The notes under the pieces were generated by a model that worked only from the letters and a program-made list of their open reading frames with translations, was not told where the DNA came from and searched no databases. Source: a virus (lineage: Duplodnaviria > Caudoviricetes). From it: 64,000 bases of DNA. A program made the position numbers and the translations under genes. Location: the IMG/VR virus record IMGVR_UViG_3300042397_003635; one strand, 5' to 3'. Below, in pieces: positions 20,226 to 28,891 of the stretch (within the stretch, counting starts at the first letter, position 1; each line of letters starts with the position of its first letter).

Positions 20226-20960
20226 TTAGAATCTCATTGTATACATCCAACCTGCAGAGTTTTCGCCTTTAATTGCTTCCATAACAGCAGTCATTTCAGC
20301 ATCAGCCTTTGTTACTAAGTTGGTATAATTTATTTTAACATCTCCTGGCAAAACATAATCAAATGTTGTAATCATTTCGCCAAGTCTTTGTTTAGATTTT
20401 GCTCTACAATATCTTTGGAACATTTCATCCTCGTACAGATTTGAAGGATCAATCTTTTTTGCAACTTCCAAAACAGCTCCTCTTTTTGGAGTTCTTCCAA
20501 GAACAGTTAACTGTTTAGTGTTTTTATTATAGTCGTATGCAATTGTATCTAACAAAAATGCTCTAGTTAAATCTAAGAATGAAAACATTACTGTTCTATA
20601 CATTAAGGATTCTCCAACAAATGGAGTTAAGTACATCTCAGATCCAACAAATTTATTTTCACCAAAGTCTCTATCCATTGTTGAAAAAACAGATGCCCCA
20701 GTTGGTTCAACTGCTTTATGTACAAATTGTACGCAATCTGGTAAAGTAATAGTGCGGCTGTCTTTAAATTGGCCAGCTGAAAAAACATCAACTGGAATTT
20801 GCAAATACGCTTTATCTAGAGCATATTGCCAATTATCATAAAAAAACACCTCGGCATTTTTAATAACCCTTTCTACTTCCTTTGTTGGAAGTTGATATGG
20901 AAGGGATCCCGAGAATGTTACTTCATCAATAATATCTGATATTAATTCTTGTCTAGTCAC
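20226..20960 (-). CDS. Neck protein, T4 gp13-like
   Basis: 244 aa; FQRYCRAKSKQRLG...LPGDVKINY C-terminal pattern. Confidence 0.7.
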   Translation of the reverse strand: MTRQELISDIIDEVTFSGSLPYQLPTKEVERVIKNAEVFFYDNWQYALDKAYLQIPVDVFSAGQFKDSRTITLPDCVQFVHKAVEPTGASVFSTMDRDFGENKFVGSEMYLTPFVGESLMYRTVMFSFLDLTRAFLLDTIAYDYNKNTKQLTVLGRTPKRGAVLEVAKKIDPSNLYEDEMFQRYCRAKSKQRLGEMITTFDYVLPGDVKINYTNLVTKADAEMTAVMEAIKGENSAGWMYTMRF

Positions 20961-20979
20961 GCGATTTGCGTTATTTTAA

Positions 20980-21186
20980 TTATACAGTTGGCGCTTGCGC
21001 AGCAGCTAACTTTTGCTCTTCTGCTTGTTTAGCAGTAGTAGCTTTGATTTTTTCTCTGATTTCAGTTAATTTAATTTGAGCATCATTAACAACTTTCATT
21101 GCTTCAGCCTCTTGTTGATTTAATGTAACCAATTCAGTTGCTGCATCTTCGTTAACGCTAAAATAGTTTTGGAATGATTTAACCAT
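20980..21186 (-). CDS. Small coiled-coil putative internal head protein
   Basis: MVKSFQNYFSVNE; GATAAATA at 21207-21214. Confidence 0.7.
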   Translation of the reverse strand: MVKSFQNYFSVNEDAATELVTLNQQEAEAMKVVNDAQIKLTEIREKIKATTAKQAEEQKLAAAQAPTV

Positions 21187-21205
21187 TTTTGATAGATTCT
21201 TTTTG

Positions 21206-22549
21206 TTATTTATCGGAAATATAGTCCGAAAAAGTTTTTATACGGCTTGTTCCAGAACCTGGATTTGCTCCAAGTTCCTGTCTTCCACCTTTATACATGC
21301 CCCATTGTGCAGGTACCTTTAAGGTTCCACCGACTCTCTGTGGAGCTCGCTCTGGCGGCAAATCATCCATATCTGGATTGCTTTTAGTGCGGTCTCTGAG
21401 TAATTCTGGGGTTAGCAGGTCCTCTTCAATCTTTCCGCCTAATATCATCCAAACCTTTTTAGGATCCTTTCCTTCAGGGATCCCCTGTGAAAAACTATTG
21501 AAATCTTGAGCTAACCAGAACTCTCTCATTAAAGTTCCAGAAACACCATCCTCGTCTCCGTCTGAACCAGTATTTCCTCCAAATTCAGGACGAGCTGTTT
21601 CAATTCGGTTAATTTTAGAGATACTGCCTCTCCACTTTTCCATGGCAGCCCATCTAGGCATGTCTTTATCTGTTGCATAAAGATTAACAACTGTATTTGG
21701 AGCATATTGGGTTTTACCAAGCGCCTCAACAAATTCATATCCACTTCTAACTGGGGTAACATCCGCTAGGTGGAGTTCAACGTTATCAAAATCTTCTAGA
21801 TAATATTCTAAAACTTCCATTGCAGTCTTACCGCTAATACCAGCCATTTCAGTTTTTGAAATAAAAACATGAACTTCATCGTTTTCTTCTGCAATTTTTG
21901 CAATTGCTTCATAGTGACCAGCATGAGGTGGCTTAAATTTACCACTAAATATTCCAACTGTTCTGATATCTAATTTTGGAACTTGAGTGCGACCAATTTT
22001 TCTAGTCTTCATTGTAATTTCTTCAAATTCGTCCTCTAGACTCTTTGCAAGTTCTAGATTTTTACGATCATCGTCATAGAAAGTAAAGTGTCTAAACCCT
22101 TTAGTGATTAGCTTTCGGAAGGCTTCTTTTTTCTTTTCAGCAATAGTTCCTTCAAATCCAAATTCTGGATCGCTAACTGCATAGATTAATTTTGGGTGAA
22201 TATCAATCCCATGGGACAATAGAAATTCTCTGACTAGTTTCTTATTATCTCTAGCTGTAATAATGCCGACAGCCGTCCCAGATTCATAGGCGGAACGTAA
22301 TATATTAAGTACCCATTCTACTAATCTTCCAGCCTTTAAAATATTAGCATCATTAAATTGATTATAGTCTACTTCGTGATGTGGTTCCTTTTCATATTCA
22401 TTAAACTCCTGTGGAGTAAGATCAAAGGTTTCACCAGTAAGTGCATCCTTAACTAGGATCTTTGCATTAGTGACAACTAGCGTGTCATCTAAATCAAATA
22501 TGATAATTGAGTTATCTCTAGAAAATGCCATTTCGTTTACTCTTTGCAC
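21206..22549 (-). CDS. HAD-like phosphatase fused to HxGH nucleotidyltransferase (cytidylyltransferase-like)
   Basis: IFDLDDTL, TAR, YDDD; FSGKFKPPHAGH, RPE, SGT motifs. Confidence 0.8.
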   Translation of the reverse strand: MQRVNEMAFSRDNSIIIFDLDDTLVVTNAKILVKDALTGETFDLTPQEFNEYEKEPHHEVDYNQFNDANILKAGRLVEWVLNILRSAYESGTAVGIITARDNKKLVREFLLSHGIDIHPKLIYAVSDPEFGFEGTIAEKKKEAFRKLITKGFRHFTFYDDDRKNLELAKSLEDEFEEITMKTRKIGRTQVPKLDIRTVGIFSGKFKPPHAGHYEAIAKIAEENDEVHVFISKTEMAGISGKTAMEVLEYYLEDFDNVELHLADVTPVRSGYEFVEALGKTQYAPNTVVNLYATDKDMPRWAAMEKWRGSISKINRIETARPEFGGNTGSDGDEDGVSGTLMREFWLAQDFNSFSQGIPEGKDPKKVWMILGGKIEEDLLTPELLRDRTKSNPDMDDLPPERAPQRVGGTLKVPAQWGMYKGGRQELGANPGSGTSRIKTFSDYISDK

Positions 22550-22623
22550 TGGCCTACTATTTTTTGTTATTTATTTAGCCAGTTATTCAATGTAAATATA
22601 CTAAACCTGGGCTAATAAAAGCA

Positions 22624-22656
22624 AAAAAACGCAAAGCTTCTTGGCCTTGCGTTTTT
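22624..22656 (-). terminator. Intrinsic terminator-like hairpin downstream of 22688..23914
   Basis: aaaaacgcaa / ttgcgttttt inverted repeat with T/A tracts. Confidence 0.6.
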
Positions 22657-22687
22657 CGATTACCTTCTTCCAATTGGAAGATGTATT

Positions 22688-23914
22688 TTAGTTAAGTGCT
22701 TTTCCTATTCGGGTTGCACCAAGTTGATATTCTTCTGGAGTAATACCCATGGCAGCTGCCTGATCTTCAACTGATAGCGATAATAATTTATCTTGATTTT
22801 GGCTAGTCCAATTTGCAACGATTGCTGCAATTTGTTCAGGTGTTTTTGAGTTATCTGACTCATTTACATCAGAGTTTTCCATTTCCATTAACCCGTTTCT
22901 ATAACAACCGATTGCTTCTGCAACGTATTCATTGTATTCGATTGGAGTTTGATCATTATGGATTTCTAATGCTTCGCTACAAAGTTTTTCACAAACTTCT
23001 TTAATCATTTCGCAAGTTGATTCATAGCAGGCAGATTCGTTATTCCAGCCTTCATTAATTGTCATGCCGTCATCCACCATTTCGTACATACACTTTTCCA
23101 TATAAGCGCAAGCTTCATTAAGATAGCCTTCAAATTGATGTTCTGGATCTGAATCTGCTTCATACATTGAAGCATCTGAATAAGTTGATTCGCATATAGA
23201 TTCAATTAGGTGGTGTGCAGCTTCAGATAACATAGACTTACTTCCATCATGGCAAGTATGACCTTCATTATATGATTTAGATGAACCAAATTCTTCTGGA
23301 TTTTCTCCATCGCCTTCTTCATCCCAATATTCAGCTTCACAGTGTTCTCCACAATCAGAGCAAATATCGCCCATCATAACTGAAGCACCGCAGCAGTTTG
23401 AGGTTGCACCATATTCATAAGCATCGCTTGGATCCCATGATTCATTTGCTTTAGCATGTATTTTAGCTGAATCATATACAGTTTTTAGCCATGATTCCAA
23501 TTCTTTGTTATCGCCAGCGTCTAAATTACTGTATTCCTTTTTGAAAGCTCTAACAAAACTCTTAAAGGTTTTAGATTCCTGTGCCAATAAGTCAATGTCA
23601 GACATTGCACTCTCTTTAATTGCAGCAGGTTTTTTCTTTTTAATAGCGTCAGTTTTAAATGCTTTATAATCTTCAAAGTCATTGTCACCGTCTCCGTCCT
23701 TATCGTACTTTGGATTATATTTTTTCTTTTCATTTATGAATTGCGTAAATCTTAGAACTTTATTTTCAGCGATAGCTGGTTCTTGATCACAAGTTTCGCA
23801 ATCTTCTGTAACCTGAGGGTTACGGCCAGTTTCATTATCAAACTGTTCGTCCTCTGAGTAGTAATTTGGCTTCTTTAGGAAAGCAGGTAAGTCTTTATTA
23901 GAAAATTTTCCCAT
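22688..23914 (-). CDS. Acidic, Cys-rich mosaic protein (putative prohead core/internal protein)
   Basis: 408 aa; FTQFINE motif, DKDGDGDND loop, SNCCGA..CSDC zinc ribbon, duplicated helical module. Confidence 0.7.
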   Translation of the reverse strand: MGKFSNKDLPAFLKKPNYYSEDEQFDNETGRNPQVTEDCETCDQEPAIAENKVLRFTQFINEKKKYNPKYDKDGDGDNDFEDYKAFKTDAIKKKKPAAIKESAMSDIDLLAQESKTFKSFVRAFKKEYSNLDAGDNKELESWLKTVYDSAKIHAKANESWDPSDAYEYGATSNCCGASVMMGDICSDCGEHCEAEYWDEEGDGENPEEFGSSKSYNEGHTCHDGSKSMLSEAAHHLIESICESTYSDASMYEADSDPEHQFEGYLNEACAYMEKCMYEMVDDGMTINEGWNNESACYESTCEMIKEVCEKLCSEALEIHNDQTPIEYNEYVAEAIGCYRNGLMEMENSDVNESDNSKTPEQIAAIVANWTSQNQDKLLSLSVEDQAAAMGITPEEYQLGATRIGKALN

Positions 23915-23938
23915 TTTAACTAGTTATTTCAGGGTTAT

Positions 23939-25930
23939 TTATCTAGATCGGTCCTCTATACTTGACTCTTTTAGTCCATTGCCGTCTTCTGAGATAGTAA
24001 TATTGACATGGCCGTTATCTTTTAGCTTAGCATCAATCCAAAGTTCAGCTAGAAGGTCCTCAACGTGATTTTGGACCATTCGTTTAATTGGACGTGCTCC
24101 ATATTTCTCATCATAGCCGTGTTCAATAATAAAATCTTTAGCAAGTTGATCTAATTCAAAGGTGTAACCATTTTCTAGTGATCGTGCAAGCAAATCTTTA
24201 AGTTCAATTTCTAAAATTTGACCTATTTCGGCTTTTTCTAGTGAATCAAAGATAATAATATCATCTACTCGATTCAAGAACTCAGGTTGGAACTTATTTT
24301 TAAGGGCTTTATCTAAAATGCTCTTAGCCAGGGCCTTTTCCTTTTCAATATTGTTGGCAGTTGCAAATCCAATACCAACTCCGCGATCCTGCATGTCTTT
24401 TACTCCAACATTTGAAGTCATAATAACAACAGTATTTCTAAAATTGATTTTTCGGCCTCTTCCATCAACTGCATAACCCTCATCTAAGATTTGGAGCAAA
24501 TTATTAAAGATATCTGGATGGGCCTTTTCAATTTCGTCTAATAAAACTACTGAATATGGTTTTCTACGAACTTTTTCAGTTAATTGACCGCCTTCTTCGT
24601 ATCCCACATAGCCTGGAGGCGCTCCCATCATTTTAGAAGCTGTAAATTTTTCTCCATATTCATTCATATCAACTCTGATAATATTTTCTTCAGAATCAAA
24701 CATTTCTTTTGCTAAGGCTTTAGCCAATTCAGTTTTTCCAACTCCAGTTGGACCTAAAAACATAAAAGTTCCAATTGGTTTTTTACGAGAAGCAATATTT
24801 GCACGACTTCTCTTAATAGCTCTAGATAATTTTTTAATTGCCTCAGCTTGACCAATAACGCGCTTACTTAAATCTGATTCTAACGCTGCAATTTTTTCAA
24901 GATCGGTTTGCGTTAGCTTTGCTACTGGAATTCCAGTTATTTCGGCAACTACCTCAGCAATTTTGCGGTCATCTACTTCAAGTCGATTGTCTTTTAGCGT
25001 TTTTTCCCACTCAACTTTAGCTTCATCAATTTTAACTAATTGATCACGCTCAGCATCTCTTAATTTAGCAGCGGCTTCGTATTTTTGAGATTCAACTGCG
25101 CTTCTTTTATTTTTTGAAATTTCACCAAGCTCTTCTTCAAGCTCTCTAATTTTTTGAGGAACAACTATTCCATCGATATGGACATTAGCTCCAGCTTCAT
25201 CTAATAAGTCAATTGCTTTATCTGGAAAAAATCTTTCAGTTAAGTATCGATCTGCTAATTTTACACATGAGTCTAATGCAGATGCGCTATACGTAACTGA
25301 GTGGTGACTTTCGTAGTATTCTTTAATATTTTCAAGAATTTGACGAGTTTGTTCTGGGGTAGACTGTTCAACTACTACTTGTTGAAAACGTCTATTAAGT
25401 GCACCATCCTTTTCAATAGACTCTCTGTATTCATCAATTGTAGTGGCTCCAATACATTGAATTTCTCCACGAGCCAATGCCGGTTTTAGGATATTCGCAG
25501 CGTCTAGTGATCCACTAGCTGAACCTGCTCCAACCATAGTATGAATTTCATCAATGAATAGGATAATGTTTGGATTGGCACTTACTTCATTAATAATAGC
25601 CTCCATTCGCTCTTCAAACTGCCCTCTGTATTTAGTTCCAGCAACAAGGCTACTAATTTCAAGTGCAATAATTTTCTTGTCAAATAGAACCCTTGGGCAA
25701 GTTTTATCAATAATCATTTTTGCAATGCCTTCAACGATTGCAGTTTTACCAACTCCAGGTTCTCCAATTAAAATAGGATTATTCTTTTTTCGTCTAGATA
25801 AGATTTGGCTACAACGCTTAACTTCAGCAAGGCGGCCAATTACTGGATCCATTCTTCCTTCAAGCGCAAGTTGAGTAAGGTCCTTTCCGAAATTATCTAG
25901 GACTGGTGTTCGTGTGTCTCTTTTTGACAT
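23939..25930 (-). CDS. clpC: ClpC-type AAA+ unfoldase lacking the N-terminal Clp-repeat domain
   Basis: GEPGVGKT and GPTGVGKT Walker A motifs, GTKYRGQFE pore loop, UVR coil (KYEAAAKLRD), IGF loop; starts at NBD1. Confidence 0.92.
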   Translation of the reverse strand: MSKRDTRTPVLDNFGKDLTQLALEGRMDPVIGRLAEVKRCSQILSRRKKNNPILIGEPGVGKTAIVEGIAKMIIDKTCPRVLFDKKIIALEISSLVAGTKYRGQFEERMEAIINEVSANPNIILFIDEIHTMVGAGSASGSLDAANILKPALARGEIQCIGATTIDEYRESIEKDGALNRRFQQVVVEQSTPEQTRQILENIKEYYESHHSVTYSASALDSCVKLADRYLTERFFPDKAIDLLDEAGANVHIDGIVVPQKIRELEEELGEISKNKRSAVESQKYEAAAKLRDAERDQLVKIDEAKVEWEKTLKDNRLEVDDRKIAEVVAEITGIPVAKLTQTDLEKIAALESDLSKRVIGQAEAIKKLSRAIKRSRANIASRKKPIGTFMFLGPTGVGKTELAKALAKEMFDSEENIIRVDMNEYGEKFTASKMMGAPPGYVGYEEGGQLTEKVRRKPYSVVLLDEIEKAHPDIFNNLLQILDEGYAVDGRGRKINFRNTVVIMTSNVGVKDMQDRGVGIGFATANNIEKEKALAKSILDKALKNKFQPEFLNRVDDIIIFDSLEKAEIGQILEIELKDLLARSLENGYTFELDQLAKDFIIEHGYDEKYGARPIKRMVQNHVEDLLAELWIDAKLKDNGHVNITISEDGNGLKESSIEDRSR

Positions 25931-25936
25931 AGTATA

Positions 25937-26566
25937 TTATCGTGGATTTTTATTAGTATGTTTAAGCATTTTACCTTCTAAACTTGCAACAGCTTGTTCC
26001 AAAGTTGTCTTTGAATTATGGAGCATTTTCTTTTCCATTTGTCTGCGACGACTTTCAATCATTCTATCAAATCTATCGAGTAGATAATCAAATACCGTTT
26101 GTGAAATTGCAATTTCATAATAGTATTGATGATTTGATAAAATTATAGTTTGGTACTTAAGAATAATAAAGACATGTGCGTTTGGGGTTTGTACATATCG
26201 TGCGCCGCTTGTTGGTGCAATTAAGAGAGTATTCTTTGGGTCTTTAAGTGAAACATCAAGGGCCTTTATTGCAAGAGCTGCTCTATCATCAATTGCAACA
26301 CCAGATCGGGTTGAGTAAAACTTTTTTAGTTTTTGATTAACTAAATATCGTTTAAATTTAAAAGCAAGACGATTAAAGAATCGCTTAATAAAGCCTGGAG
26401 TTTTCACAAGTTTGGGTGGGGTTAGAATAGAATTAAATGCAGCCTCACTAAGAATTTCATACGATTCATAGTTTGGTTTTACGGTATCTTCCTCGTGTTT
26501 TGGCTTAGCCGAAAAACTTTTGGGCGTCCTTTTAAGAACAATATCAAGAGTTGAGGAATTTCGCAT
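25937..26566 (-). CDS. Hypothetical basic protein
   Basis: 209 aa ORF. Confidence 0.7.
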   Translation of the reverse strand: MRNSSTLDIVLKRTPKSFSAKPKHEEDTVKPNYESYEILSEAAFNSILTPPKLVKTPGFIKRFFNRLAFKFKRYLVNQKLKKFYSTRSGVAIDDRAALAIKALDVSLKDPKNTLLIAPTSGARYVQTPNAHVFIILKYQTIILSNHQYYYEIAISQTVFDYLLDRFDRMIESRRRQMEKKMLHNSKTTLEQAVASLEGKMLKHTNKNPR

Positions 26567-26829
26567 TATAGAATAATTTTAGATTCAGGGCCCTCCTCTG
26601 GAACTTCCATTCTTTCAATTAATAAATTAAAAGCCTCATCTAATCCAACTGCAATCAGATCCATCATATCGTCATCGGTTTTTAGTAAACCTATTACTTT
26701 AGCTTGACCCATTGCTTGCATCATGGCTTGAGCAGTTTCTTTTGCAAATTCTGTTATATCGCCACTAGGCAATTTCTTTAACTTTGATTCCATATGTTGT
26801 TTTATAAATTTTGTGAATTGATTCTGCAA
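26566..26829 (-). CDS. Hypothetical protein (start uncertain)
   Basis: 87 aa ORF; 5' part overlaps ORF 26765..26920. Confidence 0.6.
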   Translation of the reverse strand: MQNQFTKFIKQHMESKLKKLPSGDITEFAKETAQAMMQAMGQAKVIGLLKTDDDMMDLIAVGLDEAFNLLIERMEVPEEGPESKIIL

Positions 26830-26920
26830 GTTTTCTATCTAAGATTACTTGAGATAAGAGAATGCCGTGTTCCTTACAATATTCTCTAACAAATACTTTA
26901 AAGTTGGGTTTCTGTTTCAT
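26765..26920 (-). CDS. 51 aa hypothetical protein missed by track
   Basis: ATG 6 nt after GTATAAT box; MKQKPNFKVFVREYCKEHGILL... Confidence 0.55.
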   Translation of the reverse strand: MKQKPNFKVFVREYCKEHGILLSQVILDRKLAESIHKIYKTTYGIKVKEIA

Positions 26921-26939
26921 AATAATATTATACCTAATT

Positions 26940-27578
26940 TTAGTCCCACCAGCCTTTTAGGCCAGTACCATTAAACCAATTATTCCAAAGATCCCTATCC
27001 TCTCCCATTCCTTCTTTTTTGGCCTTTTTATATAGCCTACTGTATTCTTTATGGTTTTGGCCCTGTAAGATTTCAAATAATTCTTTCCACTCCAAGTCTT
27101 CGATTTCACGAGCCCTATCGAATACTTTACGATTATGCTTCTTTTCCTCTGGCGTGTCTTTATCAATTAGTCTGGAATATCCAGGTTTATCTGGAACCTC
27201 TTCGAACTCCCAATCGTGGAGATAAATTGGACCAAGTTCAGCCTCAGCCATATCAATGAAATTGCTTTGATTGTAGTTCTTGATAATTTCAACAGCTCTA
27301 CGCATAGCTGCTACCTTTTTCATTCTAGGTCCATCTACTTCCATTCCTTTAACTTCCAAGTTATCAGACATGTGAGTTAAGCCAGTTTCTAGAAACATTA
27401 AGGTGCCATGATGATCCCACCAATAGTGGTTAGCTAAGGCTTTTCTAAATCTCCAAACATTCTTGATAAATCGAGAAATATCATATCGAAAAAATGCCCA
27501 AAATTTATAGACACGACTTTCGTGCCAAATTAGTTTCTTTAAGCTTTTAGAAAAGCTATCTGCAAATTTAATATCCAT
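26940..27578 (-). CDS. Conserved hypothetical phage protein
   Basis: 212 aa, Trp-rich, ends GWWD. Confidence 0.8.
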   Translation of the reverse strand: MDIKFADSFSKSLKKLIWHESRVYKFWAFFRYDISRFIKNVWRFRKALANHYWWDHHGTLMFLETGLTHMSDNLEVKGMEVDGPRMKKVAAMRRAVEIIKNYNQSNFIDMAEAELGPIYLHDWEFEEVPDKPGYSRLIDKDTPEEKKHNRKVFDRAREIEDLEWKELFEILQGQNHKEYSRLYKKAKKEGMGEDRDLWNNWFNGTGLKGWWD

Positions 27579-27609
27579 AATAACAAGTATTTAGGATATT
27601 ATACTTAAT

Positions 27610-28275
27610 TTACTTAACTTTGAACTTAAATCCGGTAATCTTTTCGATTTGGGCTACTGGCACTTCATTATTTTGCATACCATCTGGCTTGTCTGTAGTA
27701 TTTGCAAAAAGATATGCATGCCATTCATTTTTAGATTTGATGTAGATAACTTTCCAGCAATGAGTAGGAACTGCTGTTCCTTTACCGATAGTTTTAGCAA
27801 CTCCAATATTTCCACACCATACTTTAACTGAATCTGCAATTGCCGCTGTTTGGCGAGTATAGGTTTCCAATGATTTCCAGTCTCCAGCATTTAGGGAATG
27901 GTATTGAGCTGACATATTTGAAAAATAGAAACACTCATCTTGTACCGCTTGAGTTTGGCAAAGATTGTCTGCTGCTGGCATCATATGTCCACGGTCAGTT
28001 CCTGATCCAACATAGTCTGCTGCAATATTAGTTTCAATTGGAAGTAGTGGATCTGGCTTAAATGCGTCCTTTCTTTTAAGTGGAGTTGGACAAGTTACCA
28101 TTGCTTTGGTTGTCCACCATTCAACAAGAACAGGGTACTTCAGAGATTTTGAAAAAACTGCTGTGTAGTTTGTATGCTTTAGTCTAACTGTATCAGTAGT
28201 AGCAAATTTGGTTTGGATCTGTGCTGATGCTACCACCGGTAACAAAAATAGCAAAATGTAAAATATACGTTTCAT
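27610..28275 (-). CDS. Secreted DNA/RNA non-specific endonuclease (His-Me finger, NucA/EndoG-like)
   Basis: Signal peptide ending VASA|Q; DRGH catalytic motif; NMSAQ...LN...W..LE. Confidence 0.9.
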   Translation of the reverse strand: MKRIFYILLFLLPVVASAQIQTKFATTDTVRLKHTNYTAVFSKSLKYPVLVEWWTTKAMVTCPTPLKRKDAFKPDPLLPIETNIAADYVGSGTDRGHMMPAADNLCQTQAVQDECFYFSNMSAQYHSLNAGDWKSLETYTRQTAAIADSVKVWCGNIGVAKTIGKGTAVPTHCWKVIYIKSKNEWHAYLFANTTDKPDGMQNNEVPVAQIEKITGFKFKVK

Positions 28276-28283
28276 AGGGATAT

Positions 28284-28529
28284 TTATTCCCCAGTCTTAA
28301 CTATTTCAATCATTATACCAGCACGACCTGCAGAGATAGTATACGTATTAAAACGGTTATCGTGGATCCATCCATAATCCTTAAATCTAAATAAGATACA
28401 GTCCTTACCTTCAAACCAAACATGAATTGCATTGGTTGCATAATCTATTGAAGGCTGTGTAATTACACCAGCTTTCCAACTGTTCCTAAATTCTGGTTCA
28501 AATTCATCTGGCGTAATTAATATGTGCAT
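28284..28529 (-). CDS. Hypothetical protein
   Basis: 81 aa ORF. Confidence 0.7.
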   Translation of the reverse strand: MHILITPDEFEPEFRNSWKAGVITQPSIDYATNAIHVWFEGKDCILFRFKDYGWIHDNRFNTYTISAGRAGIMIEIVKTGE

Positions 28530-28553
28530 TAAATAAGGAGGGTGTTTTCAAGA

Positions 28554-28649
28554 TTATTTACCTTGATTGAAATATGAAATTATAATAGCTGCACCAATAC
28601 CAATTACGGCAAGGCCCAGTCCAATTAAATGTATTGTGGTTTCTAGCAT
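28554..28649 (-). CDS. 31 aa membrane peptide missed by track
   Basis: MLETTIHLIGLGLAVIGIGAAIIISYFNQGK fills the intergenic gap. Confidence 0.5.
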   Translation of the reverse strand: MLETTIHLIGLGLAVIGIGAAIIISYFNQGK

Positions 28650-28653
28650 AATT

Positions 28654-28890
28654 CTAATATATTTTTAAGCCAGGATATTCAACTATCCTTGCAAATCTTT
28701 TATCAATTTTAAATCTTTTCTCAAGTACTTCAGTCAAGGCCTCTTCTTTAGTTTTACCGCTATACAAATAAGACACCGATCCATATCCCATATCAACAAC
28801 GTATCTAAGTTCCAACCAGCCAAACCAGGTTTTTTGTTGAATTGAAAATTGTCCATCAAATTCAACAAATCTAATTTTAAAAGTTTTCAT
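28654..28890 (-). CDS. Hypothetical protein
   Basis: 78 aa ORF. Confidence 0.7.
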   Translation of the reverse strand: MKTFKIRFVEFDGQFSIQQKTWFGWLELRYVVDMGYGSVSYLYSGKTKEEALTEVLEKRFKIDKRFARIVEYPGLKIY

Positions 28891-28891
28891 A

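Noticed and set aside
22667-22680. Perfect 14 bp palindrome CTTCCAATTGGAAG
   Set aside because: Single occurrence beside a terminator; not enough to call an operator or origin
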